The notes beneath the pieces were generated by a model that did no database searches, was not told where the DNA came from, and saw only the letters and a list, made by a program, of their open reading frames with translations. A DNA stretch of 64,000 nucleotides from a virus. Positions within the stretch are counted from its first letter, which is position 1. Each line of letters opens with the position of its first letter. Of the stretch, positions 55,272 through 64,000 are shown piece by piece. The position numbers and the translations under genes were made by a program. Location: positions 19,162 through 83,161 of IMG/VR virus record IMGVR_UViG_3300010354_000002; one strand, written 5' to 3'.

Positions 55272-57914
55272 ATGGCAAAAGTACTAGTCAAGCAGGATTT
55301 TGGCACATCAAGGACAGAGTTGTTTTTTGCCTTGGACTCATCCAGCACTACTGGTGCTGGCAAGACAGCCAATGCTGCAAATATGAATGCTTGGTACGTG
55401 CGCAATACCAGCGGGACTGCGGTGCAAATTACTAGCCCCGGATTCGTAGAGATAGACGCAACAAACTTGCCGGGTGTCTATTCAATTACGGTTCCGTTCG
55501 GCGCATTCGCATCCGGGGCTTCGACCTGCGTGGTTATGATCAAGGGTACGGGGATTGCGCCTGTCACCATGGAATACCAACTTGTGGCATTCGACCCAGA
55601 ACTTGGTACAAACCTCGGGCTTTCAGCACTTCCAACCGCCTCACCGGCGACTGCGGGTGGACTTCTTACTGTTGGGACTGGCAATGGCCAGATCAACTCT
55701 ACGTCTGGAGTTGTACCTGCGAACACGACGCAACTTGCTGGCCAGACGGTCACGGCTTCGGCTGGCGTCACGTTCCCGTCGTCTGTATCCAGTCTGACTG
55801 CTGCTAATGTGTGGAGCGAACCAATAAACGCTTACAACACCTCAGGACAGGCTGGAAACTATGTCAACAAGTTGGTTTCGTTCCCGTCCAACTTCTCGTC
55901 CCTAGCCATTACTGCTGGAGGGATTGTCTCCGCAAATGCTACTCAACTTGGTGGTCAGGCGGTTACTGCGGCGTCTGGTGTCACATTCCCGAGTAGCGTG
56001 GCAAGCCCGACCAACATCACTGCCGCTACAGGTGTACAGTTGGCGGCTGTGACACATACCGGGGCAGTTATTCCGACTGTTTCCACTGTTACCAACAGGG
56101 TCACTGCAAACACTGATCAATGGAATGGCGTGGCTGTGACCGGCATGCCAATGCCGACCTATACTCAGCCGACTGGCTTCCTGACGGCTACGTTCCCCAC
56201 AACTGTGGCAAGCACAAGCAACATTACGACTGTAGGCGCAGTTGCAGGATCGGTGAATTCTGTCACCAGTGCTGTCACGGTAGGCACAATTAACAATGGC
56301 GGCAAAACGGATGTTGAGAACGCTGTTTGGGACGCTGTAATGACTTCCCATACAGGCAGCACGACATTCGGTGGGAAAGTCTTGCGGTCTGGTTCTACGA
56401 ACGCATATATCAAGGTAACGGGTATTGGTGCAGGTCATGTAGGCGCAGACATCCACGATATACAACCGGCAGTCATCACAAATGCGGCATTCGCAGCAGG
56501 TGCAATTAATGACAACGCCCTTGACACTACCGCAGTCTCTGAGATTGCGGATGGCGTTTGGGATGAAACTCTATCTGGGCATTTGGCATCTGGCTCTACA
56601 GGTGCGGCTTTGAATGCCGCTGGTGCCGCCGGTAATCCTTGGTCAAGTGATATTTCTACAGGGTACACGGGCAATCAGGCTGGTGCGATTCTGTATAACA
56701 ACTTGAATGCAACGGTTGGTTCTCGAATGGCAACATTTACGTTGCCAACCAACTTCTCGTCGTTGGCGATAACTAGCGATGGCAAGGTGAACGCAGGGAC
56801 TGTAGGCGACAAAACTGGCTACTCGCTTTCCGCTAGCCAGACATTCTCCACTACTGGTTCTGTGGCAAGTGTTACAGGTGCAGTCCAGTCTGTTACTAAT
56901 GCGGTAACGGTCGGAACTAACAACGACAAGTCTGGCTACTCGTTGTCTTCTCCGCAAACATTCAACCTGACTGGCAACATTACTGGAAACCTGTCAGGGT
57001 CTGTAGGCTCCGTGTCTGGGGCGGTAGGTAGCGTGACTGGATCGGTGGGTTCTGTCGCTGGCAATGTCAACGGGTCGGTCGGATCGGTCGTAGGCAATGT
57101 TGGCGGTAACATTGTCGGAGATGTTGAGGGCAATGTGCTTGGTTCCGTTGCGAGCGTTGACTCAACTGTTGCCGTTGGCAGCATCAATGAGAACGCAATT
57201 AATGCCGCGGCCCTTGACGCTACCGCAGTCACGGAAATCGTCACTGGAGTATGGAACGAGTTGCGCGGTGCATCTCGTCCCGCAAACTCCTTTGGGTCAT
57301 ACTTGGACGGCTCGGTCGCTGGTGTTCAGACAACTGTCAACACGGTCAATACCAACGTTAACAACCTTCAGACATCCGTCAATGGAATTGTTTCGGATGT
57401 GAACGCGCTGGAGGTTGAGATCGCCACCATCAAGACGAATACTGATGGCATTGAGCCGGTGACGAACAAACTAAACACGACCATGCAACAGATTGGCTCC
57501 ACGGGCAATTACCAGTTCACCGTAGGAGCGTTGGCACTAGCACCAACGGGAGGTGGCGGTGGCGGTGGTCAATATACTCCAGTGACACTCCCGCTTGGCA
57601 CCAATGTCCGTCAAACTCTCACGTTCAATCAGGGTGCAAGTCTCCCGTTGCGCGAGGACATCCTGCAACAGCAGGATCGTACCCCGCTGAATTTGAGTGG
57701 CATATTGGCGTTGACATATGTATTGGAGGAAGTGGACGCGTCCACTCCCAAGGTGTACGCTTCTGCGACGGTCGTGGATGCGGTCGGTGGCCGAGTGCGA
57801 TACACATGGCAAGCGGGTGATCTAGACTCTGTGGGAACGTACCGGGAACGCTGGATCGTGACGTTCTCCACGGGCGAGGTGACTGTATTCGGCCCGTTGA
57901 TCAAGGTGGTGTAA
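55272..57914 (+). CDS. Adaptor/fibre B: N-terminal Ig domain, VGSV repeats, coiled coil, BppU-like C-terminus
   Basis: DSSSTTGAG...GFVEID.TN.PGVY; C-terminus paralogous to 51975. Confidence 0.75.
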   Translation: MAKVLVKQDFGTSRTELFFALDSSSTTGAGKTANAANMNAWYVRNTSGTAVQITSPGFVEIDATNLPGVYSITVPFGAFASGASTCVVMIKGTGIAPVTMEYQLVAFDPELGTNLGLSALPTASPATAGGLLTVGTGNGQINSTSGVVPANTTQLAGQTVTASAGVTFPSSVSSLTAANVWSEPINAYNTSGQAGNYVNKLVSFPSNFSSLAITAGGIVSANATQLGGQAVTAASGVTFPSSVASPTNITAATGVQLAAVTHTGAVIPTVSTVTNRVTANTDQWNGVAVTGMPMPTYTQPTGFLTATFPTTVASTSNITTVGAVAGSVNSVTSAVTVGTINNGGKTDVENAVWDAVMTSHTGSTTFGGKVLRSGSTNAYIKVTGIGAGHVGADIHDIQPAVITNAAFAAGAINDNALDTTAVSEIADGVWDETLSGHLASGSTGAALNAAGAAGNPWSSDISTGYTGNQAGAILYNNLNATVGSRMATFTLPTNFSSLAITSDGKVNAGTVGDKTGYSLSASQTFSTTGSVASVTGAVQSVTNAVTVGTNNDKSGYSLSSPQTFNLTGNITGNLSGSVGSVSGAVGSVTGSVGSVAGNVNGSVGSVVGNVGGNIVGDVEGNVLGSVASVDSTVAVGSINENAINAAALDATAVTEIVTGVWNELRGASRPANSFGSYLDGSVAGVQTTVNTVNTNVNNLQTSVNGIVSDVNALEVEIATIKTNTDGIEPVTNKLNTTMQQIGSTGNYQFTVGALALAPTGGGGGGGQYTPVTLPLGTNVRQTLTFNQGASLPLREDILQQQDRTPLNLSGILALTYVLEEVDASTPKVYASATVVDAVGGRVRYTWQAGDLDSVGTYRERWIVTFSTGEVTVFGPLIKVV

Positions 57915-58360
57915 TGGCAACTCTGCAATATTCAACCAAACTTCGCAACGCCCAGATGGACATGATTATGGCGGTGCTGAAGAATCTCACGGTGACGTCC
58001 AGTGCGATCACCGGAACGGCTACCGCGCCGACAATGAAGATCAGGAGTGGGGCACTTCCAGCGACCTGTGCTACGGCTGACGCTGGAACGGTGCTTGCCA
58101 CAATATCGTTGACCACCACTGCTCTTACCGCAGCCGCAAGCGGCACGGTCGCAAAGAACGGCACATGGCAGGATTTGAGTGCCGATGCCACTGGCGACGC
58201 TGGTCATTTTCGGATTTATGACAGCGCGGGTGTGTGCCATATGCAGGGCGACATTACAGCCAGCGGTGGTGCTGGCAGTCTGACATTGGACAACATAAAT
58301 ATCCAAGCAGGTCAAATTGTGGCCATCACTAGTTTTTCGCTTACCGCTGGTAACAGTTAG
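57914..58360 (+). CDS. Small virion fibre protein
   Basis: RNA..D...KIRSG..PA.C..AD.GTVLA...WQD.SADATG.AGHFRI family. Confidence 0.75.
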   Translation: MATLQYSTKLRNAQMDMIMAVLKNLTVTSSAITGTATAPTMKIRSGALPATCATADAGTVLATISLTTTALTAAASGTVAKNGTWQDLSADATGDAGHFRIYDSAGVCHMQGDITASGGAGSLTLDNINIQAGQIVAITSFSLTAGNS

Positions 58361-58376
58361 TTGGTAGGATACGCTC

Positions 58377-60257
58377 ATGGCTGACAATTCGATCCTGTTG
58401 CAAATTGGGCGTTATCTGCTATCGCGGCGGGACGACGTTGCCAAAGGCGTATCTGCCAATACAGAACTGTCGCCTAGTGTCACAGCAGAGGAGCAGGCGG
58501 CATTTACCAGCCCCGCTCTGTCTGTGTGGGGCATCTACGGCGGTCCTGCAAGCAACACAGCCGACAAGACCGCTGTCACGCTTGGGGCTTTGCGGCAGTT
58601 CGTAAATGCAGTTGCATTGCCACAGATCATCATCGCAACGCGTGTCAATCAGGCAAGTCGCTGGTGCTCGGCGTACGAAGGCAGCCGGTATGGCTTGCTG
58701 GAGAAACCTGCGTTCAAGATTCGCCTTCGTGACCGCGAGAAAAAGCCGAACGCCAAGGAGCGTAAGGAGATTGCCGCACTCACGGAGTTTTTTGAGGGTG
58801 CCGGTTGGTGCGCACCTCCAGAATCCGAGCGCATTCATGGTTGGCAACCGGGCTTGCCATATTTTATGAAGTGCCTGATTCGGGAAACCCTGACCTGCGA
58901 TTTCGTGCCTATCCTGAAGTGGGCCGACCGGTCAAATCCAGAGAAATACCCGATTGCGTGTTTTGCAGTTCACGACCCTGTGTTGTTCCGGCGTTGGTTG
59001 CCCGATGCAACCGCTATCCGGGATGGCAAGATGGTTCTGAAGGAAGCACCCAACGAGCGTGAAAGCAAGGCGGACGGCCCTATCCGTTATGTGCGTCTAG
59101 GCGAGGCAGGTGGCATGCCAGCCGCGTACTATACGGATTCGGAATGCGCTGTCCTTGTCCGAAACCCTACGGGCGACATGGCCCGCATGGGTTACGGCGT
59201 GTCGGAAACTGAGATGGCCATCACGACCATCAACGACATTCTCCAGATCAGGCGTTACAACACAGGGCGTTTCAAGCGCGACTATTTGCCTCGTGGCTTT
59301 ATCAATCTCGTAGGCAATGTCTCGGAGCAGTCCCTGAACCGGTTCCGTCTTGACTGGCAACAGATTATGACTGGGACGTTGGGACGTTGGGCTATTCCAG
59401 TGCTGAACTCCGTGCCGCCAGCAAACAACGGCATGGGTGGAACCCGCACGGAGTGGGTGCCCATGGATCAGAATGTGCGAGACATGGAGTATGCGCAGTT
59501 GCACTACGCCATGATCACGGAACTGCACGCCGCATACCATATCAGCCCAGAAGAGACCGGTCTTGCCAGCGCAAGCCCGTTTTCGGCTTCCTTGAGCGAG
59601 GCAAGCCCTGACAAGTATTTCGAGTACAGCCAGACTCAGTTTGGCCACTTGATGGTTGACGTCGCCCGATTCCTCAATCACGAAATCCTGTGGAAAACCC
59701 CCATGGGCAAGGACTATGTGTTTGAGTGGGTAGGCCTTGAAGACTTTGAGGCGATTCAGGAAGAGCAGTTGATTTCCATGATGCTGAACAACGGCACGAT
59801 CAACCTGCGACAACTCTACAAGGCTCGTGACATGGAATTGCCGGATGTCATCAAGGACAGCCCAGCAGTGGACATGCCCATGCCCTTGATGCAAGCATTG
59901 CAATATCTGGACTCGAAAGAGCAACAGGCTATGGAACAGGAAGCGCAGGAACGTGCCGAGGCCGAGCAACAGGCGCAGATGCAGGCGCAATCCAAGATGG
60001 CAAATCAGGGGCCGCCGCAACCTGCCAATATTCCCCAAGGGGCTATGCCGCAAGGCATGCCTGATATGCAACAACCTCCGCAACCTGATATGCCTCCAAT
60101 GCCGCAGCCGCCTCAACCCCCGCAGACGCCAATGGAGTCCACGCCTCAGCCTATGCTGGACGAAGAGAACCCAATGGTAATGCGCAAGGGACTTGGACGA
60201 CGTGGCCGCCGCCTGATCATCGGTACGCCGGATATCCCCTATCAAGATCGCGTGTAG
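58377..60257 (+). CDS. Portal protein (SPO1/Twort-like)
   Basis: II.TR.NQ, RNP...GYG.SE.E, PRG.I, RDMEY, ISPEE.G; Pro/Gln-rich tail. Confidence 0.9.
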   Translation: MADNSILLQIGRYLLSRRDDVAKGVSANTELSPSVTAEEQAAFTSPALSVWGIYGGPASNTADKTAVTLGALRQFVNAVALPQIIIATRVNQASRWCSAYEGSRYGLLEKPAFKIRLRDREKKPNAKERKEIAALTEFFEGAGWCAPPESERIHGWQPGLPYFMKCLIRETLTCDFVPILKWADRSNPEKYPIACFAVHDPVLFRRWLPDATAIRDGKMVLKEAPNERESKADGPIRYVRLGEAGGMPAAYYTDSECAVLVRNPTGDMARMGYGVSETEMAITTINDILQIRRYNTGRFKRDYLPRGFINLVGNVSEQSLNRFRLDWQQIMTGTLGRWAIPVLNSVPPANNGMGGTRTEWVPMDQNVRDMEYAQLHYAMITELHAAYHISPEETGLASASPFSASLSEASPDKYFEYSQTQFGHLMVDVARFLNHEILWKTPMGKDYVFEWVGLEDFEAIQEEQLISMMLNNGTINLRQLYKARDMELPDVIKDSPAVDMPMPLMQALQYLDSKEQQAMEQEAQERAEAEQQAQMQAQSKMANQGPPQPANIPQGAMPQGMPDMQQPPQPDMPPMPQPPQPPQTPMESTPQPMLDEENPMVMRKGLGRRGRRLIIGTPDIPYQDRV

Positions 60258-60766
60258 GGGATGAGCCTGTCTATGGCCTCTGTGGGGGTCATAATGCCAT
60301 CAGCCTGACGGAATGCTTCGTGCCATGGCGCATAGAACGATGGTGGCATGTCGGTGCGCAGGAACCGTATGTCCGGGAGGCATAGCCGGTAAAGATCTCG
60401 CAGGATGGCCACGGAATGGCTGTACGGCTCTGGTTCCTCCGGTTGCCCCATGGTGCCCAGCAGGATGATGTTGGGTGTCGTCGTCAGCAAGCCGATCAGA
60501 TCGCTTGCTGACGGTGGAATGCGTGCCATACGTGGGACGACCTTGTACTTCCTGCATTCCCGGCATTTGGACTGCTCCCCAAGGAAGAACGGGTAGAGCA
60601 TGGCTCCGCAATCGCAGAGACCCGGCGAGTACCAGCGACGATGTCCAAATGGGACACCGGAGGACTGTATGTGCCTGTCGCACTGACGGCAGAAAGGCTT
60701 CCCGCCCAGTTTTGAGCAGGAAGCCTTGCAACGACGGCAGACGGTCGCTTCAGGCGGCAACCACAA
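60242..60766 (-). CDS. Cys-rich zinc-finger protein
   Basis: Four CxxC/CxC motifs; GGAGG RBS in upstream gene. Confidence 0.55.
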   Translation of the reverse strand: MWLPPEATVCRRCKASCSKLGGKPFCRQCDRHIQSSGVPFGHRRWYSPGLCDCGAMLYPFFLGEQSKCRECRKYKVVPRMARIPPSASDLIGLLTTTPNIILLGTMGQPEEPEPYSHSVAILRDLYRLCLPDIRFLRTDMPPSFYAPWHEAFRQADGIMTPTEAIDRLIPYTRS

Positions 60767-61925
60767 CCTCCGGCTTGGCAGGTCGGCTGAAGAAGCCGAA
60801 TCCCAATTCTCGGGGCTGAACGGTGGCCGTGAACGCTACGCTGTCACCGGTCTTCCACTTTGCAGAGGCAGGGACGGAACCGTAGAGCCGGTAACCCCCG
60901 CAGTCCACAAGTGCCTTCGTCTGCGTGCCCCAATCCGATTCCACAAGTTTAGTGGACAGGATCTTTCCCGTCACCCTCTGGCGTCCCTCTGGAACCTCCA
61001 CCTTCGGGGCGTCCGATTGGCGGGATTTCTGAATGGCATTGTGTACCTTGGCACAAACCCGAGGAGCGTCCCGGCGGTGCAGGAATCGGGACTCAGTGTA
61101 CCGAGCGGTGTCCCGGTCAGCCTCCAAGGCATCAAACACCCAATCAGGGGCGGGTTCTAGTTCGTCATCCCGCAGGATCGCCGTAGCGTCCCATGCCCCC
61201 CGCCAAGTGGCAGACGGGTTGGGTTCTCGCCCGTTCAAGTTGTCAATCCAAGCCGGACAGAAGACTGCGTCTTGGGCAGTCAGCCAAGCGTAGCAGTGGG
61301 CGAGGTATTCCCGGAGGTCCACCCATTCCGGATCGGCCCACCGGCATCCCAACCCCTCCAGTTCCAGTTCGTCCGTCTGAAGCGGGATGACCTCCGCCTC
61401 CGCCTTGGAGAGGGCGGAGAGAAGTTTCAGCAGGGTGGCCGGGATATACTGGGCCTCGCAGGTGCCTCCGACCTGCCGATACCCATGCTCAGGGTGGCTG
61501 ATCACGGTGGTCACCAACCGGCGGACCGCCTTGCCACACTCAGTACACGCCGTCGGGGGAATGGGGCAGAGCAACCGGGCCAACTCCCGGGCTTCGGCGT
61601 CCGTTTTGTGATCCCCGTACCACTGCGTTGCGTCCCAACCGTGGGCACCGGCGTCCCGCCGAGCCACGACTTGCCATCCCTCGCCGGTTTCCAGCCACCC
61701 CTCCGGGAGGGTCACGGTCACCGGCACAACTTCAACGATGCGGCTATAGGCCGGGGTCAGGGCACGACCGTGCGCCAACTCCACGGTAGCGTAGACTTGC
61801 ACCTTCAACGGCGACAACGGGCCGTCCACAACGGAGGCACCGGGGATTGAACTCACAGCGGCGCGGAGTGTGCGGATGGCGAACTTGGCGGTGTCGGGGC
61901 GAAGATTGTAGGAGAGTGTGTTCAT
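60750..61925 (-). CDS. Early protein with Zn ribbon and C-terminal OB-fold
   Basis: CTECG...QVGGTC; VPEGR..VTG...YGSVP...GD.V.FTATV...FGFFSRP; own promoter. Confidence 0.8.
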   Translation of the reverse strand: MNTLSYNLRPDTAKFAIRTLRAAVSSIPGASVVDGPLSPLKVQVYATVELAHGRALTPAYSRIVEVVPVTVTLPEGWLETGEGWQVVARRDAGAHGWDATQWYGDHKTDAEARELARLLCPIPPTACTECGKAVRRLVTTVISHPEHGYRQVGGTCEAQYIPATLLKLLSALSKAEAEVIPLQTDELELEGLGCRWADPEWVDLREYLAHCYAWLTAQDAVFCPAWIDNLNGREPNPSATWRGAWDATAILRDDELEPAPDWVFDALEADRDTARYTESRFLHRRDAPRVCAKVHNAIQKSRQSDAPKVEVPEGRQRVTGKILSTKLVESDWGTQTKALVDCGGYRLYGSVPASAKWKTGDSVAFTATVQPRELGFGFFSRPAKPEVVVAA

Positions 61926-61982
61926 TGTAGAGTCCCTTTCTGTAGGTGAATTGAGTCTACACCGTACGTCCTGCGTTGTCAA
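61926..61982 (-). promoter_or_regulatory. Early promoter
   Basis: TTGACA(61977-61982)-17-TAGACT(61954-61959). Confidence 0.85.
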
Positions 61983-62016
61983 CACCACGGGCTGTAAATT
62001 CCGATAAAATTTTTCT

Positions 62017-62748
62017 ATGCTAGTTTCCCGGTCTCCGCAGCCTCGCGCCCCCAAGGGCGGCATCTCCCGATACAAGGGGGGCCAGTTCATCCCAAGGGCG
62101 TTGGTCGAACAAGAGAAGCGGGTTGCGCAACAGGCGTTTGGGGCCTTGCAGGAAGAGTTCGCCAAGGACATGCAGTTCCTGCGTACGGTTGGTCAGTTGC
62201 TGTCAAACCTCAAGGGAATTGACGTTGAGATACCTGCCCCACTAAGCCGCAAGACAGTCGAAGATCGTGCGGTACGAGCCATCCGATCCTACTACTCTCG
62301 TGCTTTTCTTTTGGGCAAGCGATCTGCTGGCAACCTGCTGTCCATATCGGCGGAAGAACGATCAGTGCTACGCAAGGTGCGTACCGACGAATACAAATAC
62401 CTACGCAAATTCTTTCAGGACATTGACGACAAGGTGGGAAAAATACCTTACGAAAAACGCATGGCATTCTATGCTCATGCGCTTCGGGAAGCCTACTGGC
62501 TTGGATATTGTCTTGGTGATCCATCAAAGGAACGGCGTATTTATTGGTATTTCGGCAATACAATAGAGCACTGCACTGATTGCGCACGGTTCGCCGCACG
62601 TGCCGACGGATGGCCCATGAGCGAGTTCTACGAGCAGGCTGTAAAGACAGGCAAACTGCCACAAAGCGGAAACTTGGAGTGCAAGGGGTTCTACTGCGAG
62701 TGCTACCTTAGCGACACGCCTATAATGACTGGAAAGAAAAATGGCTGA
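62017..62748 (+). CDS. MuF-like head morphogenesis protein
   Basis: R..FYA...YW...EHCTDC...LP.SG..EC...CECYL; near portal. Confidence 0.75.
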   Translation: MLVSRSPQPRAPKGGISRYKGGQFIPRALVEQEKRVAQQAFGALQEEFAKDMQFLRTVGQLLSNLKGIDVEIPAPLSRKTVEDRAVRAIRSYYSRAFLLGKRSAGNLLSISAEERSVLRKVRTDEYKYLRKFFQDIDDKVGKIPYEKRMAFYAHALREAYWLGYCLGDPSKERRIYWYFGNTIEHCTDCARFAARADGWPMSEFYEQAVKTGKLPQSGNLECKGFYCECYLSDTPIMTGKKNG

Positions 62749-64000
62749 CTTCACCCCCGAGGACATTGCGAAGCAAGTCCGTGCCGTTCATCCAGTGGAT
62801 GAGCCTGTTGAGCATATTGCCAACCCCCAAAATGCACCATTGCATATGCGGCAGGGCATTCAGATTGCTCACACTAGCATACTTGGCCCCGACGGCAAAC
62901 CAGCGAGAGGCAAAAAAGGGTCTCATCGGTTCATTGCATCCATGCATGATTTGGTCTCAGATAATGGAGACTTCAAGCGGGTTGTTCCAGTCTATTCCGA
63001 CCGACTTGCCGCAGGGTCGGTGCAATTGCCATTTTCTGGTTCACTCATGGAACTGCATGGTGGAGTTGGATTCGGATCGCATCCTGAGCGTTACGGCTCG
63101 CATGGATGGGCTGTCGGTCATAATACCAACGTGGGATACGAAACCAAGGGAATCAATGCTCTCAAGTTTGAGAAAGCCGTACTGCCGACAGCCGATGATC
63201 ATGGCGGCGTCATTGGCGCAGTGTGGTTGGGCAGTCCGAAGGCTCATTATGGAAACGTTACGCTTTTAAAGGCCATACAACACGAAGTTGAATGGCTAAG
63301 GCATGCCGATCCACAACACTACAAACGCATCCAAGAAGGATTCCGTGTTTTCCCAGATGCGTACAAATCAATTCATGTGCAAAAATTTTTCGGCAATTCC
63401 GGCAATCCATACCCTAGTCTTGAGAGTTTTTTGTCCCACATGGCTGGAGAGGGCATGTCCATACAGAACCGATACGAAATTATGAACGAATTCCTTGGGA
63501 AAAACCCAGCAGATCCAAGCAAGCCGCAAAGAGGTGCGAAGGTCGCCCACGAAGGATTGTTTGCCCTAAACAACCTGTTCAAGAGAGTGAACGAATCAGT
63601 CATTGATTATCCTCATGTGCCAAAAGGGCATGTCGTGGGTCTCGTGCATTTCCATCCACAGGAGACTTTTTATGACCCTGCCTCTCACCCGGCATACAAA
63701 CATGTCATGGGCGGTACATACCTTGGGGAGTTGCGTCGAACACTGCCATTGGCCAATCTGATACCGCGAATCCGAGTTGCGCCGGTAACCGATGTTCCAC
63801 GCGAGAATGGCAAGCATACGTTCTATTCAGATGCCTATATCAGGGACAACCCATATCACAACACCGTCGTAACAAGACCAGAGTCTCTTGCGGAAAACGA
63901 CACTTTGGACAAAGCAGTCCGAATCCATTCCAAACCGTTGGATGAAACCGATCCTGACAAAATTAACGCTGAGTTGTCGGATCTGATCCATAACGATGCG
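62741..64000 (+). CDS. Large His-rich putative internal virion protein, runs off the window (not in ORF track)
   Basis: Read by hand: open for 420 codons from ATG 62741 (MADFTPEDIAKQ...); GG.GF...WA and HPAY...G motifs as in polyvalent proteins; follows MuF. Confidence 0.75.
   Translation, partial: MADFTPEDIAKQVRAVHPVDEPVEHIANPQNAPLHMRQGIQIAHTSILGPDGKPARGKKGSHRFIASMHDLVSDNGDFKRVVPVYSDRLAAGSVQLPFSGSLMELHGGVGFGSHPERYGSHGWAVGHNTNVGYETKGINALKFEKAVLPTADDHGGVIGAVWLGSPKAHYGNVTLLKAIQHEVEWLRHADPQHYKRIQEGFRVFPDAYKSIHVQKFFGNSGNPYPSLESFLSHMAGEGMSIQNRYEIMNEFLGKNPADPSKPQRGAKVAHEGLFALNNLFKRVNESVIDYPHVPKGHVVGLVHFHPQETFYDPASHPAYKHVMGGTYLGELRRTLPLANLIPRIRVAPVTDVPRENGKHTFYSDAYIRDNPYHNTVVTRPESLAENDTLDKAVRIHSKPLDETDPDKINAELSDLIHNDA

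Noticed and set aside
50785-57914. Diversity-generating retroelement or invertase shufflon acting on adhesins
   Set aside because: No reverse transcriptase, no adenine-variant repeat pair, and no invertase or inverted crossover sites seen.
59097-60245. 382-aa antisense ORF (also 219..1082, 1324..1926, 8583..9293, 13607..14311)
   Set aside because: Shadows of well-supported genes on the opposite strand, with no RBS or motifs.
1-64000. Stop-codon reassignment
   Set aside because: Long genes are intact in the standard code, and TAA, TAG and TGA all end genes with tight coupling.

Overview
The window is 64 kb of a tailed dsDNA phage genome. No host genes, integrase, tRNA or CRISPR array were seen, and both ends fall inside genes. 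The head module is SPO1/Twort (Herelleviridae)-like: terminase, portal, MuF-like protein, prohead protease, scaffold and major capsid. The tail looks non-contractile: tube, -1 frameshifted chaperone, tape measure, hub and adhesins, with no sheath in the window. Structural genes lie on the + strand but are split into blocks by opposite-strand clusters of small early genes. Those clusters are driven by about 15 near-consensus TTGACA(AC)-N17-TAnnnT promoters with shared leader hairpins and RBSs. The window also encodes ThyX, dUTPase, a replication initiator with internal iterons, a Rad52/Sak-like recombinase, a Gam/gp157-like protein, a pyrimidine-dimer glycosylase and an amidase endolysin. Most notable are: a tandem array of four Tad2/DUF2829-like anti-defence genes; a double-hairpin RNA whose loops mimic the 16S anti-Shine-Dalgarno; a stand-alone ~70-nt sRNA unit; a repeat-linked multi-module C5 methyltransferase with an overprinted second gene; duplicated adhesin/adaptor triplets; paralogous internal virion proteins sharing a K[A/G] C-terminal motif; and leaderless late promoters. 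All protein calls come from motif recognition by eye, not database searches.
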